Origin: Perna viridis
Lineage: Eukaryota
NCBI GenBank assembly: GCA_037379345.1
Contig: CM074514.1
Span: 21,142,001 to 21,206,000, forward strand
Reading direction: 5' to 3'
DNA length: 64,000 nt
The translations under genes and the position numbers were made by a program. The notes beneath the pieces are model-generated. The model searched no databases, was not told the origin of the DNA, and saw nothing but the letters and a program-made list of their open reading frames with translations. Below are positions 61,801 through 64,000 of the stretch, piece by piece (position 1 is the stretch's first letter; each line of letters starts with the position of its first letter).

Positions 61801-63915
61801 GAATCTAAAACAGTATATAGAATTATCAACCCTAAAGCTATTACCATGGGACAGCTATATGGATGCTTTGATCCTGTATCTCATGAGTGGACTGATGGTA
61901 AGACTCAGATATTCTCAGTCATGGTTATTATATACATACTGCCTTCAGTTCAGGGTGGTATACTAGATTACCTTCAACATAAATATTGTATTTTAGGATC
62001 CTGTGTTAAAACATATTGTATGATAGATGTAATACATTTACATGTATTCAAATAAATTATTCAAATGAACCAGAAAAATTTGAACATGTGATGGATTTAG
62101 TTTTGACAAGTCCTAGTTTTATGATACCACTGTGTGTTTATGGTAACATATGCCAGTGTCTTTTTGATTGAGTTTTATTGGTTTTTACTATTTCTAGGTG
62201 TTCTGGCTAACACATTCAGAGAGTATGCTAGTAATCCAAATGAAGACAGGAAATGGATCTTATTTGATGGTCCTGTTGATGCAGTGTGGATTGAAAACAT
62301 GAATACTGTATTGGATGATAACAAAAAGGTTAGACGAACTTCTCAAATACACTTACATGTACTTCTCAGTGGGTAGTTAAGATGGAAATGAGATAGCTTA
62401 CTTCTGTGTTCTGATTTAGTTTTGATTTTCTGATATTTTCTCTGCATGACTTTTTGATTAACACTACTGTGTCAGTCACAGCTTTGTTAAAGATTTGTCT
62501 AAAGGCATGAGAGGTGTTTACTTATAAGAATTATATGGATTTTACGCTCAACAGATTGTGAATGACTCCATAGTACTGATGTTAAAATTTCATTAAGTTG
62601 AGGATTTTACGGATGATTTCCATGGAAACACAGGGAAAATATGGATTGTGATCAAGTAGTATAAACAAGTCTGGTTTCTATGACGACGGGGTCACATTAG
62701 TATCCACTATAAAGCACTGTTTGGAATTTCTTAAAATATCACCTTAAAGTGTTTAGTGGAAAATCAGTGTTGTGCAGACACTTTCACTTGTTTTAAAGTG
62801 ACATATGTTTGATTTCTATATTTTCAGTTGTGTTTGATGAGTGGTGAAATTATCCAGATGAGCAATGTAATGAACTTGATATTTGAGCCTGCAGATTTAG
62901 AGCAAGCTTCACCAGCCACTGTTAGTAGATGTGGTATGATTTACCTCGAACCCCATCAGCTAGGCTGGAGACCATTTAAAGACTCCTATATGATGTATGA
63001 ACTCCCAGAAAACCTGTCTCAGGAAGATAAAGATCTTGTCAATGATTTGTTTGATTGGCTGATTGATCCTTGCTTAAACTTTATTCATAAGAAATGTAAA
63101 ACCTTCATGACCACTTCAGACATGCATTTAGTACAGTCTCTGATGAGGTTATATACATGTCTGATGGATGAGATTAAAGATACATGTGCTAAGATGGCTA
63201 AAGGAGATGATATGGAAGATCAACAGGGAGTTCTTACTAAACAACAGGTAAATAATTCACTGTTCTTTCTTTTTCATACAGGCAGTATTATGAAATTTGA
63301 ACAACATGGGTCATCAAACCACTATTGTGGGTAATGACTCAACAATATCCAAATTTCTCTTTATAATTGGTCAAACACTGCATCAAATTTGTAGGGTTTC
63401 TATAACTCTTTTATTTGGAAGTAAATAAAAGGTGGTGATAAATGCATTGGGATCACTTTATTGATTCCTTCCTGTTATCAATAAGTTTTTTTCTCTATTC
63501 ACTGATTAAACCGAAAGTGAAGGCTCAGATATTGGAGACATGTCTGTGAGACATCTATGTAATCAGTCATATTCAAATTAAAAATGTTTAACCCTTATAA
63601 ACTTTACTTTTAGAGAAGTAAATACTTATCTATTGTATTCCTATAGAATTATAACTCAATACTTGTTGAATGCTATTCTTTCAATATATCAAAATAAGTT
63701 GATCTGTCTGATTATATGAAAAATTGTACTTTGTATCCCAATTAATTTTTCAGATAACCCTATGGTTACAAGGCCTGTTTTTATTCTCCCTGATCTGGAC
63801 AGTAGGAGGTACTATAGCTGATGATGGACGTAAGCTGTTTGATCAGTTCTTCAGGAATATTGTAGGGGGTACAGATCCTGACCATCCCAAACCTAAATCT
63901 ATCAAGATAACCAAG
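37807..63915 (+). CDS. DNAH3: Dynein axonemal heavy chain 3-like (single-headed inner-arm dynein), 5' part: 36 exons, 5871 nt, about 1957 aa; continues beyond the window
   Basis: All 36 exons have AG/GT boundaries and consistent phases. N-terminal motifs [41 protein letters not shown] match DNAH3 as recalled; also linker motifs [13 protein letters not shown] and [23 protein letters not shown]1 P-loop [31 protein letters not shown]2 GEPLGGKT and [25 protein letters not shown]. Confidence 0.93.
39167..39655. mobile_element. ~490-bp MITE with ~50-bp TIRs in DNAH3 intron 1
   Basis: GAATTTCCTCTGACCCTGCAACC..TTTTTTATTTGGATATTGATAT (39167-39217) is the inverted match of ATATCAATATCCAAATAAAAAA..GGTTGTAGGGTCAGAGGAAATTC (39604-39655). 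Confidence 0.75.
41666..41764 (+). CDS. DNAH3: DNAH3 exon 2 (YVETP...[17 protein letters not shown])
   Basis: AG/GT; LPPLP...LY motif. Confidence 0.85.
41952..42135 (+). CDS. DNAH3: DNAH3 exon 3 (..[18 protein letters not shown]..)
   Basis: AG/GT; conserved motif. Confidence 0.9.
42399..42461 (+). CDS. DNAH3: DNAH3 exon 4 ([20 protein letters not shown])
   Basis: AG/GT, symmetric phase 1-1, open frame; no homology support. Confidence 0.6.
43009..43060 (+). CDS. DNAH3: DNAH3 exon 5 ([16 protein letters not shown])
   Basis: AG/GTAAGT, phase 1-2, required to join the frames of exons 3/4 and 6. Confidence 0.75.
43806..43983 (+). CDS. DNAH3: DNAH3 exon 6 ([13 protein letters not shown]...[11 protein letters not shown]...PSNRDEE)
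   Basis: AG/GT, phase 2-0. Confidence 0.88.
44639..44723. repeat. Inverted repeat/hairpin (15-bp perfect stem, imperfect extensions)
   Basis: GTGACTATCAAATAT (44667-44681) / ATATTTGATAGTCAC (44688-44702), with outer CACTGG / CCAGTG arms. Confidence 0.7.
45087..45276 (+). CDS. DNAH3: DNAH3 exon 7 (RYYYYIQKG...LRKAI)
   Basis: AG/GT, conserved. Confidence 0.92.
45543..45618 (+). CDS. DNAH3: DNAH3 exon 8 ([13 protein letters not shown]..)
   Basis: AG/GT, conserved. Confidence 0.92.
45937..46056 (+). CDS. DNAH3: DNAH3 exon 9 (VIRAPVPWH..)
   Basis: AG/GT, conserved. Confidence 0.92.
46671..46796 (+). CDS. DNAH3: DNAH3 exon 10 (FNDLRFV..)
   Basis: AG/GT, conserved. Confidence 0.92.
47225..47420 (+). 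CDS. DNAH3: DNAH3 exon 11 (WIPSCAKLF..)
   Basis: AG/GT, conserved. Confidence 0.92.
47873..48052 (+). CDS. DNAH3: DNAH3 exon 12 (AGNDFEEPF...GDGLTR)
   Basis: AG/GT, conserved. Confidence 0.9.
48035..48130 (+). repeat. Degenerate tandem triplication (31-33 bp) spanning the exon-12 5' splice site of DNAH3
   Basis: ggtgatggccttacaagg|gtaggtttttagtta, ggtgatggtcttacaagagtaggtttagtta, tgtgatggttttacaagagaaggcttttagtt. Confidence 0.85.
49044..49180 (+). CDS. DNAH3: DNAH3 exon 13 (VECELFPD...VGPQ)
   Basis: AG/GT. Confidence 0.9.
49463..49568 (+). CDS. DNAH3: DNAH3 exon 14 (YLNTYKKY..)
   Basis: AG/GT. Confidence 0.92.
49830..50008 (+). CDS. DNAH3: DNAH3 exon 15 (..[12 protein letters not shown]..)
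   Basis: AG/GT. Confidence 0.92.
50215..50308 (+). CDS. DNAH3: DNAH3 exon 16
   Basis: AG/GT; [20 protein letters not shown]. Confidence 0.92.
50470..50560 (+). CDS. DNAH3: DNAH3 exon 17
   Basis: AG/GT; RLMFLLDYA. Confidence 0.92.
50825..51015 (+). CDS. DNAH3: DNAH3 exon 18
   Basis: AG/GT; [13 protein letters not shown]. Confidence 0.92.
51297..51528 (+). CDS. DNAH3: DNAH3 exon 19
   Basis: AG/GT; [14 protein letters not shown]. Confidence 0.93.
51899..52110 (+). CDS. DNAH3: DNAH3 exon 20
   Basis: AAG/GT; [10 protein letters not shown]. Confidence 0.93.
52336..52427 (+). CDS. DNAH3: DNAH3 exon 21
   Basis: AG/GT; [14 protein letters not shown]. Confidence 0.92.
52675..52789 (+). CDS. DNAH3: DNAH3 exon 22
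   Basis: AG/GT; [15 protein letters not shown]. Confidence 0.93.
52950..53120 (+). CDS. DNAH3: DNAH3 exon 23
   Basis: AG/GT; [21 protein letters not shown]. Confidence 0.94.
53408..53670 (+). CDS. DNAH3: DNAH3 exon 24
   Basis: AG/GT; [24 protein letters not shown]. Confidence 0.95.
53933..54134 (+). CDS. DNAH3: DNAH3 exon 25
   Basis: AG/GTAAGT; [24 protein letters not shown]. Confidence 0.95.
54386..57441 (+). repeat. Tandem array, 71 x 43 bp, unit TTATAATT(T/G)AATGAATCTGTAG|GGTATGGTAGAGAAATGGTTA = 3' splice site plus start of DNAH3 exon 26
   Basis: First AG ends at 54408 and last at 57418; the difference of 3010 equals 70 x 43. Only one variable position (T/G) seen. Confidence 0.97.
57419..57625 (+). 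CDS. DNAH3: DNAH3 exon 26 ([20 protein letters not shown])
   Basis: Starts at the last acceptor of the 43-bp array; phase 0-0. Confidence 0.93.
57651..58245 (+). mobile_element. Second copy of the same Helentron/HINE family, with 3 internal units
   Basis: Same head (TTTTTATACC..CAAACAAAGTTT..TAGGAATCACC..(GTCT)n), units at about 57731, 57881, 58037, same tail (GGGTATA..GTGA..CTCA..GTATTTCTAGTTT). Confidence 0.8.
58478..58592 (+). CDS. DNAH3: DNAH3 exon 27
   Basis: AG/GT; [16 protein letters not shown]. Confidence 0.94.
59088..59283 (+). CDS. DNAH3: DNAH3 exon 28
   Basis: AAG/GT; [31 protein letters not shown]. Confidence 0.95.
59542..59650 (+). CDS. DNAH3: DNAH3 exon 29 (AAA1 P-loop GPAGTGKT)
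   Basis: AG/GT; Walker A. Confidence 0.96.
60012..60302 (+). CDS. DNAH3: DNAH3 exon 30 (AAA1 Walker B, CFDEFNR; [11 protein letters not shown])
   Basis: AG/GT. Confidence 0.96.
60769..60860 (+). CDS. DNAH3: DNAH3 exon 31
   Basis: AG/GT; [12 protein letters not shown]. Confidence 0.95.
61083..61437 (+). CDS. DNAH3: DNAH3 exon 32
   Basis: AG/GT; [20 protein letters not shown]. Confidence 0.95.
61675..61897 (+). CDS. DNAH3: DNAH3 exon 33 (AAA2 P-loop GEPLGGKT)
   Basis: AG/GT; [16 protein letters not shown]. Confidence 0.95.
62198..62328 (+). CDS. DNAH3: DNAH3 exon 34
   Basis: AG/GT; [22 protein letters not shown]. Confidence 0.95.
62616..62687. promoter_or_regulatory. Candidate intronic RFX/forkhead element cluster
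   Basis: ATTTCCATGGAAAC 62616-62629, ATAAACA 62661-62667, GTTTCTATGACGAC 62674-62687. Confidence 0.4.
62828..63247 (+). CDS. DNAH3: DNAH3 exon 35
   Basis: AG/GT; [22 protein letters not shown]. Confidence 0.95.
63754..63915 (+). CDS. DNAH3: DNAH3 exon 36 (last in window)
   Basis: AG/GT; [17 protein letters not shown]. Confidence 0.93.
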
Positions 63916-64000
63916 GTTGGTTATATTCTATATAGACTTCATATCTACTCCTAAAATCTTTTAAAAGTTGTAGCTCAACACATATTTTTTGTCCAGATGT

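Overview
AT-rich, intron-rich animal genomic DNA. The repeat landscape suggests a bivalve mollusc such as Mytilus (inference). There are no prokaryotic features, RNA genes or CRISPR arrays. Two spliced genes lie in tandem on the + strand. (1) A RasGEF1-family (RASGEF1B-like) gene has a 15-exon core at 23042-32999; candidate upstream exons at 2.2, 12.7, 19.3 and 21.6 kb suggest most of the first 23 kb is its intronic/5' region. (2) An inner-arm axonemal dynein heavy chain, DNAH3-like, has a CpG-containing RFX/CCAAT/CRE/YY1 promoter at about 37.5 kb and 36 phase-consistent exons (about 1957 aa: tail, linker, AAA1, AAA2) running off the right edge. Introns carry Helentron/HINE-like elements with internal ~155-bp repeats, several MITEs and a ~260-bp structured dispersed repeat. 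The most striking feature is a 3.06-kb array of 71 near-identical 43-bp units inside the dynein gene. Each unit copies the intron-25 3' splice site plus the first 7 codons of exon 26. The 70 upstream acceptors each lead straight to an in-frame TAA, and only the last gives an open frame. A small mirror case, a triplicated 5' splice site, occurs at 48.0 kb. All coordinates and counts were read by hand, and homology calls come from recalled family motifs, not from a database search.
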